A DNA stretch of 64,000 bases from Candidatus Micrarchaeota archaeon. GTDB lineage: Archaea; Micrarchaeota; Micrarchaeia; Micrarchaeales; CABMGC01. The stretch spans positions 6,113 through 70,112 of the forward strand of contig JAJYYF010000011.1 of assembly GCA_021801225.1 (NCBI GenBank), written 5' to 3'. Below the pieces are notes generated by a model. The model made no database searches and was not told the origin of the DNA. It saw only the letters and a list, made by a program, of their open reading frames with translations. Shown here in pieces: positions 33,215 through 44,325 of this stretch (position 1 is the stretch's first letter; each line of letters begins with the position of its first letter). A program made the translations under genes and the position numbers.

Positions 33215-34777
33215 ATGGAGAGGAATGAGCCCTTGGATGAATTTGATGAGCTTAAAGCGTTTATTAATTTAGGAGATATCACTGTAAGGACTTATCAGAA
33301 GAGTATTATAGACTCAATAAAAAGAAATGGAAATACACTTGTTGTGTTACCAACAGGATTAGGAAAAACAATGATTGGAATAATAATTATTGCAGAAAGT
33401 CTAAGTAAAAATAAAAAAGGTATTTTTCTTGCTCCTACAAAGCCATTAGCAGAACAACATTACGATAATTTCAAAAAGATTTTTAATTTAAATGAAAGTG
33501 AGTTAGCTTTAATAATAGGCTCTGTCCAAAAGAAAAAACGTTCTGAGATAGAGAAAAATGCAAAAGTTATTGTAGCTACTCCACAAACAATTGCTAATGA
33601 TTTAAAAGATGCTGTTTTTTCAATGGATAATGTAGGAGTTGTAATTTTTGATGAATGTCACAAAGCTGTAGGAAAGTATGCTTATACATATATTGCCAAT
33701 GAATGCAACATAAGAGATATTAGGATTTTGGGTCTTACTGCATCACCCGGAAGTAAAAAAGAGAGAGTTAATGCAATAGTTGAATCACTAAATATCAAAA
33801 ATATTGAAGCTCGAGTAACGACTGATCCGGATGTTGCAATGTATGTGAAGCAAAAACATCTGCATAATGTTTTTGTAGATAAAACAGATACAATAAAACG
33901 GATAGGAAATTTAATGGCACCAGAAGCAGAAAACACTTTGAGAACATTGAACAAGATGGGTTTTCTAAGATTTAAAAGATTTGATAGAATACCAAAAGGT
34001 ATTCTAATAGATGCAGGGAATCAGATAAGTAGAATAAAGGCTTCTAATTATAGAATGGGCGCGATGTTTAGTTATGTGAAGTTGTTGAATTTATCGCATG
34101 CGTATGAGTTATTGACCACGGAAGGGATATATCCATTTTTGGTTTATATGAGAAATATGCAAAATAAAGAGAATAAAAGCAGAGGTGTTGAAAGTTTATT
34201 AGCTAATAAAAATATACAAAATGCAGTTACAGAAGCTGAAGCCGCTTTGAAGAGAGGAGAGGAACACGGAAAAATTATTGCTTTGATAGATATAATAATA
34301 CATTATAGAAAAAGAAGCATAATTATTTTTGCGCAATATCGATCAACAATAAAGATGATTGTTGAGTATTTAACAAATAATGATATACCTGCAAAGGCAT
34401 TTGTAGGTAAGAAAGAGGGGATTACTCAAGAAATGCAGAAAAATATAATACAAGATTTCAGAAATAGGGTTTTTGATGTGTTAGTTGCCAGTTCAATAGC
34501 TGAAGAGGGATTAGATATACCCACAGTTGATGCAGTAATCTTCTATGAACCCATACCTAGTGAGATAAGAAATATACAGAGAAAGGGAAGAACTGGTAGA
34601 TTCAAGGATGGTGATATTTATATTTTAGTAGCGAGAGATACAAAGGATGAGGTTTATACATATATATCATTACAAAGGGAAAAGAAGATGATGGATGTAG
34701 TTAGAAAGATAAACACTGAGTTAGCAAAAAAGGTCAAGGTACCGAAAGGACAAAGTCTATTGGGTGCAGTTAAATGA
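33215..34777 (+). CDS. hef: Hef/FANCM-type SF2 helicase (helicase domains only, no ERCC4 nuclease domain)
   Basis: 520 aa. TYQKSI, LPTGLGKT (motif I), FDECH (motif II), LTASPG (motif III) and QRKGRTGR (motif VI). Confidence 0.8.
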   Translation: MERNEPLDEFDELKAFINLGDITVRTYQKSIIDSIKRNGNTLVVLPTGLGKTMIGIIIIAESLSKNKKGIFLAPTKPLAEQHYDNFKKIFNLNESELALIIGSVQKKKRSEIEKNAKVIVATPQTIANDLKDAVFSMDNVGVVIFDECHKAVGKYAYTYIANECNIRDIRILGLTASPGSKKERVNAIVESLNIKNIEARVTTDPDVAMYVKQKHLHNVFVDKTDTIKRIGNLMAPEAENTLRTLNKMGFLRFKRFDRIPKGILIDAGNQISRIKASNYRMGAMFSYVKLLNLSHAYELLTTEGIYPFLVYMRNMQNKENKSRGVESLLANKNIQNAVTEAEAALKRGEEHGKIIALIDIIIHYRKRSIIIFAQYRSTIKMIVEYLTNNDIPAKAFVGKKEGITQEMQKNIIQDFRNRVFDVLVASSIAEEGLDIPTVDAVIFYEPIPSEIRNIQRKGRTGRFKDGDIYILVARDTKDEVYTYISLQREKKMMDVVRKINTELAKKVKVPKGQSLLGAVK

Positions 34778-36051
34778 TAAATGTAACGTATCTTTTCTTG
34801 ATATTTTCAGGTATTGTTTTCCTAGGATATATACTTAATGAATTATTTTACAGAATCAAGATACTAATCACACTGCCGTTGATGATAATAGGTATATTGA
34901 TAGGGCCAATATTTCATTTAATAGTGCCACAAGGAAGTGCTACACTTTTAGATTTAGCGGCATTAGTAAGTTCTATTGCTATTGCATTTATACTTTTTGA
35001 TGTCGGATTAAGGATTAATATAGATGAATTGGAGTTATTTAAAGCAACTAGATTCTTCTTGCCTTTAGCAATAGCTACAGGAATAGTACTAGGGATAGTA
35101 ATTGGGCTTTTGACAGGATGGAATCCGATACTATCATTCATAATAGGATTTTCATTAGCTGGACCAAGCTCCGCTGTTTTTCCAACATTAAGCAGAATTG
35201 CAAAGATAAACCCTAGATTAAATAACATACTTGTTTTTGAAAGTGTTGCTTCTGACTCAGTGCAACTTATAATACCTTTAATACTTATTAGTCTTTTACA
35301 GACCGGTTCTTTTTCTTTTAGCTCAATAGCAACAAGTATATTTTACTTCTTTATTCTATCTAGTATTTTAGGAGTAATATCTGCTTTTGTATGGACATTT
35401 CTTTTACAGACATTCCATGAGTATAGTAAAGAGTATTCTTGGATGTTAACTATTACATTAGTTATAGCAAATTATGGAGTTGCGAGCATATTGGGACTTA
35501 ATGGAGCCGTAACTGTATTTGTATTTGCAATAATATTTTCTAATTTACCGAGATTATTTAATAGCTTTGATAAGTACTTTTACAATGTTAAACCAGAATT
35601 TAATCATATAATGGAGTATCAGAAAGAGATTACATTTTTTATAAGCACATTCTTTTTTGTATATATAGGAGCTATACTTAGTTTCAATACAGGATCACTT
35701 TCATTATTGTATATAATTATTATAAGCATAATACTGAGCTTCGTAATAGTAGTAATGAGGATGACCTCAATACCTGTTCTACAAGAATTTTTTGTAAATA
35801 AAGATAAGAAAAGTAGTGAACGTATACTTTCAACTTTTGATGTTGCAAGAGGTTTATCGCCAATAATTATAGGTCTTTTACTTATTGACACACCAATACC
35901 AATACCTATTGATATTGAGGCCGTTCTTGGTTTAATATTTATGACTGTATTTATAACAAATGTAATCGAATCCTTGGGTATATTTTTCTATGCAGGAGCA
36001 GCTAATAGAGAGAAAAAAGATATGCAAGAAAATGCAGTAGTAAATGCTTGA
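34774..36051 (+). CDS. Cation:proton antiporter family membrane protein
   Basis: 425 aa, about 11-12 TM segments. ILFDVGLRIN is a typical Na+/H+ exchanger block. Overlaps the hef stop by 4 nt. Confidence 0.7.
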   Translation: MINVTYLFLIFSGIVFLGYILNELFYRIKILITLPLMIIGILIGPIFHLIVPQGSATLLDLAALVSSIAIAFILFDVGLRINIDELELFKATRFFLPLAIATGIVLGIVIGLLTGWNPILSFIIGFSLAGPSSAVFPTLSRIAKINPRLNNILVFESVASDSVQLIIPLILISLLQTGSFSFSSIATSIFYFFILSSILGVISAFVWTFLLQTFHEYSKEYSWMLTITLVIANYGVASILGLNGAVTVFVFAIIFSNLPRLFNSFDKYFYNVKPEFNHIMEYQKEITFFISTFFFVYIGAILSFNTGSLSLLYIIIISIILSFVIVVMRMTSIPVLQEFFVNKDKKSSERILSTFDVARGLSPIIIGLLLIDTPIPIPIDIEAVLGLIFMTVFITNVIESLGIFFYAGAANREKKDMQENAVVNA

Positions 36052-36068
36052 ATATTATTTAGCATTAT

Positions 36069-36551
36069 TTATTTAGTATTATTAATAGTTAGTTTTGTTT
36101 CTCTTCTGTAAAGGTATATTGATAGTACTAGAAGTATTACAACTATTATATGTACAGAGGTGCAATACTCGCAGATATTTCCAACCATATACTCTGCATA
36201 AAGAAAGTATATGACAAATGATAACCCTACTGTATTTACAAAGATCTTTGCGAATGGATCTTTTATCAAAAATAAAACGCCTAATTCTATTAAAAAGAAT
36301 GCAACACCAAAATCAGAAACAGGTATTCCAAAAATAAATCCATATGGACTATTTATGACGTTATTACAGTTTATCAGACCAGATGTGGAACAGAATAAAG
36401 GAACGCCTAAAAAATGATAAATAGATAAATAAATAGATACAATTAAACCTATTATTGATAAAAGTACCATTACTCCTTTTATGCTCTTTAACTTTATATT
36501 TTGCAAAATCATGATAATCTTTCTATTTGTTTTACATAACTTTGTGAACAT
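36069..36551 (-). CDS. Vitamin K epoxide reductase (VKOR) family membrane oxidoreductase
   Basis: Loop cysteines in [27 protein letters not shown] and an active-site CEYC in a TM helix. The likely real start is the internal ATG at 36512-36510, which forms an ATGA overlap with the upstream gene's stop. Confidence 0.7.
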   Translation of the reverse strand: MFTKLCKTNRKIIMILQNIKLKSIKGVMVLLSIIGLIVSIYLSIYHFLGVPLFCSTSGLINCNNVINSPYGFIFGIPVSDFGVAFFLIELGVLFLIKDPFAKIFVNTVGLSFVIYFLYAEYMVGNICEYCTSVHIIVVILLVLSIYLYRRETKLTINNTK

Positions 36552-37318
36552 ACGTTGCTTGGTGTGTTGTTATCCATTTGACATATCTTAGTAGTTATGA
36601 GATTAGCAGAACCTATTATTGATTGTGCCTGAACCGTAGAGCCATTGTGTAAAAGGTTAGCTACTGCAGACCAGTTATAACTATCCAATACAGAAAGTGG
36701 ATCATAAGTTGCACCGACTAAAACACTTTTATTGCCAAATAGTACAAAAGGTATACTTCCGCGACTATCATACTGTGCCATTAAATTATATTCAGATGTA
36801 TTTGGAGTTTGTAATGTTGCATAACCACCTCCTGAAGGTTGATTTGTTGTTTGTTCAACACTTACAAATGAAATGTAATTACTTGTGTAAGTTGAGTTGT
36901 AAAATGTAAAGGTTGGTGTCGAAGGTGGGTAATCAGTAGCTGAAGATGTCATAAAATGTAAATTTGAAAATGTTCCAAAACGTGATAATGCTATTACCAA
37001 TGCCCATCTTTCTGCAGCACAAAATGGACAGTACTCTGCTCCCATGTAAAGTACCTCTGGCTTGTTGTTTAATGTTAATAAATTACCATTAATATTTGAA
37101 ATCACACTGTAAGAAGCTGTGCCTATTCCTATATTATTACTTAATGATGCAGAGATATTAAGCTCTGAAAGTAATGATGATGGAACTAATACATTATCAA
37201 AACTAACTCTGCTCTGTGAAGGTGATGGTCTGCTGAATAAAAACAAAATTGCAAGGACAATTACAACAACTCCCGCTAAACCTGCCCAAACTAACTCATT
37301 TGCCATAATAATTACCAA
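36509..37318 (-). CDS. Secreted thioredoxin-fold protein (DUF929-like) with a CPFC motif
   Basis: 269 aa. N-terminal TM/signal. [27 protein letters not shown] matches the DUF929 signature as I remember it. Confidence 0.65.
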   Translation of the reverse strand: MVIIMANELVWAGLAGVVVIVLAILFLFSRPSPSQSRVSFDNVLVPSSLLSELNISASLSNNIGIGTASYSVISNINGNLLTLNNKPEVLYMGAEYCPFCAAERWALVIALSRFGTFSNLHFMTSSATDYPPSTPTFTFYNSTYTSNYISFVSVEQTTNQPSGGGYATLQTPNTSEYNLMAQYDSRGSIPFVLFGNKSVLVGATYDPLSVLDSYNWSAVANLLHNGSTVQAQSIIGSANLITTKICQMDNNTPSNVCSQSYVKQIERLS

Positions 37319-37371
37319 ATAATAAATAGAATTACAAGATAACCTATTTATTACTTTTGCGTATTTAAGGT

Positions 37372-38778
37372 TTACTCTAACTGCTTCTTTATTTTTTCTA
37401 TAATTAATTTTATATACGCTTTTTTATCTGTAGACTCGTATAATTTTATACTAGCTGCTGAGGAGTGTCCTCCGCCTGAATCAACATCTTCTGAATTACC
37501 TTTGAACTCTTCAATTATTTTTAATATTTGTACTTTTTCAGATAGTTCTTTAGGAATACGAAATGAGATATAAACTCCAAAATGGAGTATTAGAATTGAG
37601 TTCCTTGATTCTTCCATCAATACATCAAGTAACTTTGATGAAAACCTTCCTGGAAGAGGATACTTACTTTCTTTGTTTTTTACATTAGAAAAATCACAGA
37701 CATAGATTATTGTTTCATTTACTTTATATTTTTTAATATTATTCTTTGCTTTTTCTATAGCCTCTTCCATCTTCATTTTTGCAGTATTTATAAATGATAA
37801 ATACTTCTCTTTGTCAGTTATTATATTATAAAGTTCATAAGGTGTTATGTTTTTAGAGTTATAACTTCCAAGTGCAGATGGATCGCTAGTTGCCATATCT
37901 AAAAATAAAGCAAGATCATTTCCAGGTTTTTTAGGATCTGCATACTTGCTGTAATCGCCTATGAAAGAAGCATTAATTATTTCAGCACTAATTTTGCCAG
38001 AAATAACATACCCAAATAAAGAGGATAGAAAACCAGCAGTGATTTCTGAGTCAAAGCCAAGACTCCATGGATTTAGATAACCATTAAAATTTTCTCCAAA
38101 AAAACCTTTTTCGATAGGATGATGATCCAACCAGATTACATCGAATGTTTCAGTTATTTTTTCTGCGCCTTTATTACTTTGTATTGATGTTCCAAAATCA
38201 GTTATGTATAATAATGGTTTCTCAATAGTCATGAAATAATTTTCTAAATTTTTGTCAAAGATTGCATCCCCTAATTCATAAATTACATTTTTTTGCATCA
38301 GCCAGGTTATATTTGGTTTAATCTGAATATTAAATTTTGAGAGTATTTCTAAAATTGAGAGATAAACAGAATAAGCACCAGTAGAACCATCTGCATCGTT
38401 ATGATAGCGTATTATTATAGGAGCTCCAAAAAATAATTTTAATAAAAATGTCTTTGCGTGCTTTTTCATAAAAGGAGTTAATTTTCTGATTCCTTGATTG
38501 AGTTCATCTATATCAGAAACATAATCTGGCCTGTCTAGTTCTTTATCTATTATTAAGTTTATATTTTCTTTTAGTGTAGATAAAACTTTGTTTGATGATT
38601 TTTTAGATTCAGTGATCTTATCCTCTGTATCAATCTTTACAAAATTACCTAATGGTATATCCTCTTTTAATATAATTTCCTCTAAAATAAGAGTATCTTT
38701 TTTTAAAGAAATTAGTGTGTACTTTTTAGAATTACCTAAAATTTTAATACTTGTTATTATTCCTTCCATTTGTATCAA
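37372..38778 (-). CDS. DHH/DHHA1 phosphoesterase, RecJ/Cdc45(GAN)-like
   Basis: 468 aa. HNDADGSTG (motifs I/II), WLDHHP (DHH) and GGGHSSAAS (DHHA1 GGGH). Confidence 0.75.
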   Translation of the reverse strand: MIQMEGIITSIKILGNSKKYTLISLKKDTLILEEIILKEDIPLGNFVKIDTEDKITESKKSSNKVLSTLKENINLIIDKELDRPDYVSDIDELNQGIRKLTPFMKKHAKTFLLKLFFGAPIIIRYHNDADGSTGAYSVYLSILEILSKFNIQIKPNITWLMQKNVIYELGDAIFDKNLENYFMTIEKPLLYITDFGTSIQSNKGAEKITETFDVIWLDHHPIEKGFFGENFNGYLNPWSLGFDSEITAGFLSSLFGYVISGKISAEIINASFIGDYSKYADPKKPGNDLALFLDMATSDPSALGSYNSKNITPYELYNIITDKEKYLSFINTAKMKMEEAIEKAKNNIKKYKVNETIIYVCDFSNVKNKESKYPLPGRFSSKLLDVLMEESRNSILILHFGVYISFRIPKELSEKVQILKIIEEFKGNSEDVDSGGGHSSAASIKLYESTDKKAYIKLIIEKIKKQLE

Positions 38779-39968
38779 CTTGATGAAATATTATTTGTTA
38801 ATGTTTGATAACAAGCATTATTTTGAGTAGCATTTAATATATAAGAGCAGTACTTTGTTTGATTTAAAGTTTTTGCAAGAAGATAATAGCATTGATATGC
38901 ATAAGTGGTGTTTGAAGGACAATAACTAACATTTTCAGAACTGACTGCATGTATTATTGAAACTGTATAGTTACAGGTTGATGGATTTGAACCTGAAAGG
39001 GCACTGTAATTTAAGCAAGTGTCAAATATTGAAGAATAATTGAATTTTTTTGAAAATTGTTTTGATATATTTAATTGAGATACATTAAGATTAGAGGTAT
39101 TTGCAGTTGTATTTTTGTTTGTTGAATAATAAGATGAAGAAGAACATAACGAGTATAGTGTTTGATTTTTAATAGCGTTGCAGTAAGAAGAGTTTTCAGA
39201 AGCAAAAGAAACAGTAATATAACACATATCTTTTGGGCTATAAGAAATGTTTTGTAATGATTGTATATAACTCAAAGGAGATACAAAAAATATGCTTGAG
39301 TTATAACTCGATGTTAACGATAAAACTCCAGAGTATGATAAAATTTCATTAGAGAATGTGTTGTTTTTTACAACGCTCATTGAGTTACAATAAGATGTGG
39401 TTTTAAATTTATATGCTAAGGACAAATTTAATGATGAATAACATAGAAGTTTTTCTGAGGAGTTACTTATGTAATTACATAAAGAGGAGTTATTGTCCAA
39501 TATTGCTAAATTAGTTGTACATAAAGTATTGTTATTCTCATTAAGTTGTGAACATAAAGAGATATTATTGGTTTTTGTTGAAACATAATCAATACAACTT
39601 TGTAAGTATTCACTGCCTGAGTTAGAACATAAAGTACCGTTTAATGTGTTTTCTGCTATATAAAAATAACATTGATTTCCAAGATTTGCAGGTAATTGTT
39701 TACATAGATAAGGAGCACTTTGATTTTCTGCTAAATTCATAATGCATGAATCTTTATATGAAGAGATTAGTATACCTGAACAACTACTATTGGTTACATT
39801 ATTGTTTGAGTAGGATATAGGATGTACAAAAATAGAATAGATAATTATTGCTATAAATAAAAGAATAACTATTATAAAGTAGGGTCCCAGAGACCTATGT
39901 TTTTCTATAAAATTTTCTAATGAAAAAATATTGAAGGATTTATTAACTTTATTTTTGTTGTCCAACAA
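38775..39968 (-). CDS. Secreted Cys-rich repeat protein
   Basis: 397 aa. N-terminal anchor. About 30 cysteines in reiterated C-x(8-12)-(L/Y)C spacing (DSCIMNLAENQSAPYLC, NQCYFYIAENTLNGTLC, ...). Overlaps the upstream gene by 4 nt. Confidence 0.5.
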   Translation of the reverse strand: MLDNKNKVNKSFNIFSLENFIEKHRSLGPYFIIVILLFIAIIIYSIFVHPISYSNNNVTNSSCSGILISSYKDSCIMNLAENQSAPYLCKQLPANLGNQCYFYIAENTLNGTLCSNSGSEYLQSCIDYVSTKTNNISLCSQLNENNNTLCTTNLAILDNNSSLCNYISNSSEKLLCYSSLNLSLAYKFKTTSYCNSMSVVKNNTFSNEILSYSGVLSLTSSYNSSIFFVSPLSYIQSLQNISYSPKDMCYITVSFASENSSYCNAIKNQTLYSLCSSSSYYSTNKNTTANTSNLNVSQLNISKQFSKKFNYSSIFDTCLNYSALSGSNPSTCNYTVSIIHAVSSENVSYCPSNTTYAYQCYYLLAKTLNQTKYCSYILNATQNNACYQTLTNNISSS

Positions 39969-40039
39969 AAAATTACCTAATACATTTATCCGTAGGTTAT
40001 ATTTATATTCTTTCCTTACTAACTTTAAATGGTGTTCTT

Positions 40040-40819
40040 TTGGATAAAAGACTTGTGATAATAGGAGTTATATTATTAATAATTAGTTTCTTTATAGCAG
40101 GTTCGGTAGTCGGACCGAGTATAACCTCAAATATAAATTACAACAATACGCAGATAAATACAATAATAGTAAAACCAAATACAACAGTTACAGGCACTGT
40201 ACAGATGTATAACTCGAGTTTCTTTGTTTTAAGTTATACTTCTTCAGTTCCAATAGATTTTTACTTTTTAAATCAAACAGGTAAAGGGATATTTAACTCT
40301 TTTAATACATTAAAAAATAACTCAATAAATTCTACGCAGTTAAAATCACTGGAAGGAAATGGCCTTTATCTATTTATATATAATGGAACAAAAGGGACAA
40401 CATATCCATATAGTTCAAATTTGTCAGTATATGGTTACCAGAAACCAAGTTATTTTTACAACGGCAGTTTATTGGGACCTAGTACAGCGCAGTATAAAAA
40501 TGGTACTTATTTCTTAGAGTTTGAAAATAAAAACAGCAGCTATGCAAATGTTACTTATAAATATAATGAGTATCCACTTAGTTCCATAAATCAAAGTAGC
40601 TATTATGGAAACATTTTTGTTCCTGGAAGTCTTGCTTCATCAATAATGTTTATTTTAGGGATAATACTAATTGTTTTTGGAGTATTAAGGAAAAATTACT
40701 CTAAAACAGAGATTCAAAACTATGAAACAAAGGTTAATGAAATCTACAAAGGTATTAATAAAAAATCTAATAAAATGACTAAAAATAAAAAAAGTAATAA
40801 GAAAAAAGTTAGAAAGTAA
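40040..40819 (+). CDS. Bitopic surface protein (N- and C-terminal TM segments, K-rich tail)
   Basis: 259 aa with a TTG start. N-x-S/T-rich ectodomain, C-terminal TM SIMFILGIILIVFGVL, and a KKSNKKKVRK tail. Confidence 0.5.
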   Translation: MDKRLVIIGVILLIISFFIAGSVVGPSITSNINYNNTQINTIIVKPNTTVTGTVQMYNSSFFVLSYTSSVPIDFYFLNQTGKGIFNSFNTLKNNSINSTQLKSLEGNGLYLFIYNGTKGTTYPYSSNLSVYGYQKPSYFYNGSLLGPSTAQYKNGTYFLEFENKNSSYANVTYKYNEYPLSSINQSSYYGNIFVPGSLASSIMFILGIILIVFGVLRKNYSKTEIQNYETKVNEIYKGINKKSNKMTKNKKSNKKKVRK

Positions 40820-40937
40820 TCAATACGCATATAATTTGTTATGAGGGTATATCTCATATTTAGAGAAATTAGTTTTATGCTTCCAAATAACTAAAAATAT
40901 AACAAGTAATAAAGAACTTATTACATATAATATAAAC

Positions 40938-41636
40938 ATGGATAGTTTACAGGAGAGAATTGCAGGGGAGATAGCATTATCTGACACTCCTGGAAGCACA
41001 ATGAAAAAGTGGAGAGAGTTGTTCGGGATATCGCAGGTTGAGCTAGCACATTATCTTAAAATTTCTACATCAACAATAAGTGATTATGAAGGAAATAGAA
41101 GAGCAAGCCCAGGAGTAGGAATAATAAAGAGATTTATCCAGGCTTTAGTAACAATAGATAACCAAAGAGGCGGAGAGGTAATAAGAAATCTAGAAAAGTT
41201 CAGCAAAGGAATTAAAAATAATGATGAGGGATCTTTTTACTTTATTCATGATTTTTCTGCTCCAATAACAGGTACAGACATAGTAAGATTAATTGATGCG
41301 AAGGTAGTCACTAATCCAAATTACCTAGATTCAATGAAGTTATTTGGTTATACCTTATTAGATAGTCTAAGAGTCATACTTGAGATTTCGCCTTCAGAGT
41401 ACCCTAGATTGTTTGGAGCTACAAATGAACGTGCGTTTATCTTTGATCAGGTAAGTACTGGAAGGTCACCAATGGTAGTTGTACGAGTAGCACCAATAAA
41501 ACCTAAATTGGTAGTAATACAAAATCTCGATACAGTAGATAAGTTAGCGATTAAAATTTCACAAATAGAAAAAATACCGTTGCTTACTACAAAACTAAAC
41601 GCTGAAGAAATTAAAATGAGATTAAATAATATTTAA
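40938..41636 (+). CDS. Archaeal HTH (XRE-type) transcriptional regulator with a C-terminal uncharacterised domain
   Basis: MKKWRELFGISQVELAHYLKISTSTISDYEGNRRASPG is an XRE HTH. The architecture resembles the conserved archaeal COG1395-type regulators. Confidence 0.7.
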   Translation: MDSLQERIAGEIALSDTPGSTMKKWRELFGISQVELAHYLKISTSTISDYEGNRRASPGVGIIKRFIQALVTIDNQRGGEVIRNLEKFSKGIKNNDEGSFYFIHDFSAPITGTDIVRLIDAKVVTNPNYLDSMKLFGYTLLDSLRVILEISPSEYPRLFGATNERAFIFDQVSTGRSPMVVVRVAPIKPKLVVIQNLDTVDKLAIKISQIEKIPLLTTKLNAEEIKMRLNNI

Positions 41637-41667
41637 ATTTTTTAACATGAAATTTTTAGTTTTTATT

Positions 41668-42444
41668 TTATTTGTCGTTAATTTCAAATTTATTTAAAAG
41701 AAGTAAGTTGAAACCGTTATCTGTTATCTCAAAAGGAACACCAGAATACATATGTTCTGTTCCTCTCATCTTGATTATTTCTATAGTAGGAACTCTGTTT
41801 TCTGAGTTATTTCCAGTAAAAAATAAAGATATAAAACCATCATAAATATATGATTCTGGTTGATAAAAAACATTTGGTTTTTCGTAGTTATTTTCCTCTA
41901 TAAGTAATAAAGATGTTATATTATTTCTTTTTAAAACTGAGGATAAACTTATTGATAAAGATCTATAGTCTAACAACTCAGGGATAAATAATCTTATCAC
42001 AGAGATTGAGTCAATAACTATTCTTTTTGCTTCATGTGATCGTATCATTGACTCTATTTCAGATATGAAGCTACCAAATGTATATGCATTTCCATCTCTG
42101 TTTCTTTGTATATATTGTTTTGTATCTTGTGAGTCTAAGATGGTTATTTTTCCTTTTTCTATGAACGAATCTATATTGGTAAAGGAACTAAAAGCAGATT
42201 TCGCATTCTGGACTATATCTTCATTGTCTTCTTCAAAAGAAAATAGAATACCGTTTTCGCCTTTTTCTGCTCCTCTATAAAGAAACTCAAAACCTAGTAA
42301 TGTTTTACCGACACCAGGACCTCCTTGAAGTATTATTTGGTTACCTGAAGGTACTCCGCCTTTCAACATTAGATCAAGACCAGGTATACCGGTAGGTTTT
42401 TTAATTCTCATTATAGACACGATTGCAAACGCGCTACATAACAA
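41668..42444 (-). CDS. KaiC/RecA-superfamily ATPase
   Basis: TGIPGLDLMLKGGVPSGNQIILQGGPGVGKT (Walker A) and RIVIDSIS (Walker B). The likely start is the internal MRIKKP. Confidence 0.75.
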   Translation of the reverse strand: MLCSAFAIVSIMRIKKPTGIPGLDLMLKGGVPSGNQIILQGGPGVGKTLLGFEFLYRGAEKGENGILFSFEEDNEDIVQNAKSAFSSFTNIDSFIEKGKITILDSQDTKQYIQRNRDGNAYTFGSFISEIESMIRSHEAKRIVIDSISVIRLFIPELLDYRSLSISLSSVLKRNNITSLLLIEENNYEKPNVFYQPESYIYDGFISLFFTGNNSENRVPTIEIIKMRGTEHMYSGVPFEITDNGFNLLLLNKFEINDK

Positions 42445-42549
42445 TAGGTAAATACATTTTTATATGTTCTTACTTTTGATTAGTATAAAAATAAAATAGA
42501 TATGTTATTTAAAGTATTTTAATCAATGAATTAATAATAATGTGATTCC

Positions 42550-43257
42550 ATGACAGAATTATTTAACTCAGCAATGGGAGTTATAGAAAAAAACATTGTA
42601 AATTTTTTAATAATGATTGTAGCTTTCTTGGTAATATCATTAGTAGTAGCTGGAGTATTTTCAGTTATAATCAACTTGATTTTTGTAGGTTTTTTAAGTT
42701 ATTTAATTAATGGAATAGAGTTTGCAGTGGTATTAGTAATCCTTGCATGGTATATAGCATCTTTAGCTGAAATATCTAAAGAAATGATAAATAATAATTC
42801 AATTGATTATGTAAAATCTATTAAGACCGGATTAAACAATATTAAAAAGAACTCCTCTGCTTTGATTGTAATAGCTGCTTTGGGATTTGTTGGAGGTTTT
42901 ATAGTCCAGTCTGTTTTTGGATATGGATTTATTAATCCTTATAATTTTGGAGGCAGCGTAATAGAAGGTATTTTTTATGCCCTTGCAGTAGGAATTGCAT
43001 TATCAGAGTTTGTAGGGAAAAGCAATGGACTTAATTTTACAAAGTTATTTGATAAGATAAATAGAGTTTCTCCTAATTCAGGAATAACTCTTTATATAAT
43101 TACTATAATTTCAATAATACCAGGAATAGTAATATTGCAATTTTTATTAGTTGGTTTGCCAGTAGTAATAATAGTTCTATTTAATTCTGGAACACATACA
43201 AATACAACTACTCATAAAAAAGAAACTGAAAATAAAAATAATAAGACGCAAAAATGA
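42550..43257 (+). CDS. Polytopic membrane protein, unknown function
   Basis: 235 aa, about 5-6 TM segments, with a T/N/K-rich tail. Confidence 0.5.
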   Translation: MTELFNSAMGVIEKNIVNFLIMIVAFLVISLVVAGVFSVIINLIFVGFLSYLINGIEFAVVLVILAWYIASLAEISKEMINNNSIDYVKSIKTGLNNIKKNSSALIVIAALGFVGGFIVQSVFGYGFINPYNFGGSVIEGIFYALAVGIALSEFVGKSNGLNFTKLFDKINRVSPNSGITLYIITIISIIPGIVILQFLLVGLPVVIIVLFNSGTHTNTTTHKKETENKNNKTQK

Positions 43258-43263
43258 GTTTTC

Positions 43264-44325
43264 ATGGAATACAAATTAAGATGTCTTACTTGCAATAAAG
43301 TTTATGAGAGCACTTATGATTCGCAGCTATGTGATAAGTGTCATGGAGTCTTGGAGGTAGAGTATAACTTTATAAGTGAGTCTTTCATTAACATACCTGA
43401 TTCATTTTGGGGTTACTCTAATATTTTACCTGACTCTAAATCGTATAAGAAATACTCAGTAGGTTTAACTAAGTTATTAAGAAGTAATTTAAATGAAAAC
43501 TTATTTTTTAAACTTGAATTTCAAAATCCGACAGGTTCATTTAAGGATCGGGGTTCAGTAATTGAGCTAGCCAAAGCAAATGATTATGGGTATAAAAGAG
43601 TAGTTTGTGCTTCAACAGGCAATATGGCTTACTCAATAGCATATTATGCAAAACTTTATGGAATAAAGGCAACTGTTTATGTAAGCAAAGATGCAAATAA
43701 AGACAAGCTTTATAACATAGGTAAAACTAGCAATGCTACAATAGTCAAGGTAAACGGGGATTTTACTGCAGCGCAGAAGCTTGCTGAAAAACATGCTTTC
43801 AGGAAAAGAGAGTTTCTTACAGGAGATTATTGTTATAGAAAAGAGGGACAAAAAACAATAATATATGAGATATTAGCACAGTTAAGGAACACCAGAAATA
43901 TAATAGTTCCGATAGGAAATGCCACTTTGTTTTCAGGTATGTTAAAGTCATTAAAAGAAATTAAGGATAACTATCCAAAAACCCATTTACCAAAAATAAT
44001 TGGTGTACAGTCTGCTGTTTGTAAGCCGTTGTATGAAGCGTATAAAAAAGAATCAATAATTAGGTATGAAAAACCAAAGACAAAGGCAGATGCAATTGCA
44101 GTAGGATATCCAACATTTGGACCACAAGCTTTGAAGTATATGAAAGATTTGGACTCAACAATAGTAACAGTGACTGAAACTGAGATGAAGAATGAACAAA
44201 AAAGATTCTATGATAATTATGGTTTAATAGTAGAGTTAGCAAGTGTTGCACCTGTTGCAGCTTATAAAAAACTTAAGTTACAGAATAGTGAAACAGTTGC
44301 GGTTATAACAGGTAAGAATGTTTAA
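43264..44325 (+). CDS. thrC: Threonine synthase-like PLP enzyme with an N-terminal zinc ribbon
   Basis: CLTC...CDKCHG ribbon, NPTGSFKDRGS (PLP lysine) and ASTGN. Confidence 0.7.
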   Translation: MEYKLRCLTCNKVYESTYDSQLCDKCHGVLEVEYNFISESFINIPDSFWGYSNILPDSKSYKKYSVGLTKLLRSNLNENLFFKLEFQNPTGSFKDRGSVIELAKANDYGYKRVVCASTGNMAYSIAYYAKLYGIKATVYVSKDANKDKLYNIGKTSNATIVKVNGDFTAAQKLAEKHAFRKREFLTGDYCYRKEGQKTIIYEILAQLRNTRNIIVPIGNATLFSGMLKSLKEIKDNYPKTHLPKIIGVQSAVCKPLYEAYKKESIIRYEKPKTKADAIAVGYPTFGPQALKYMKDLDSTIVTVTETEMKNEQKRFYDNYGLIVELASVAPVAAYKKLKLQNSETVAVITGKNV

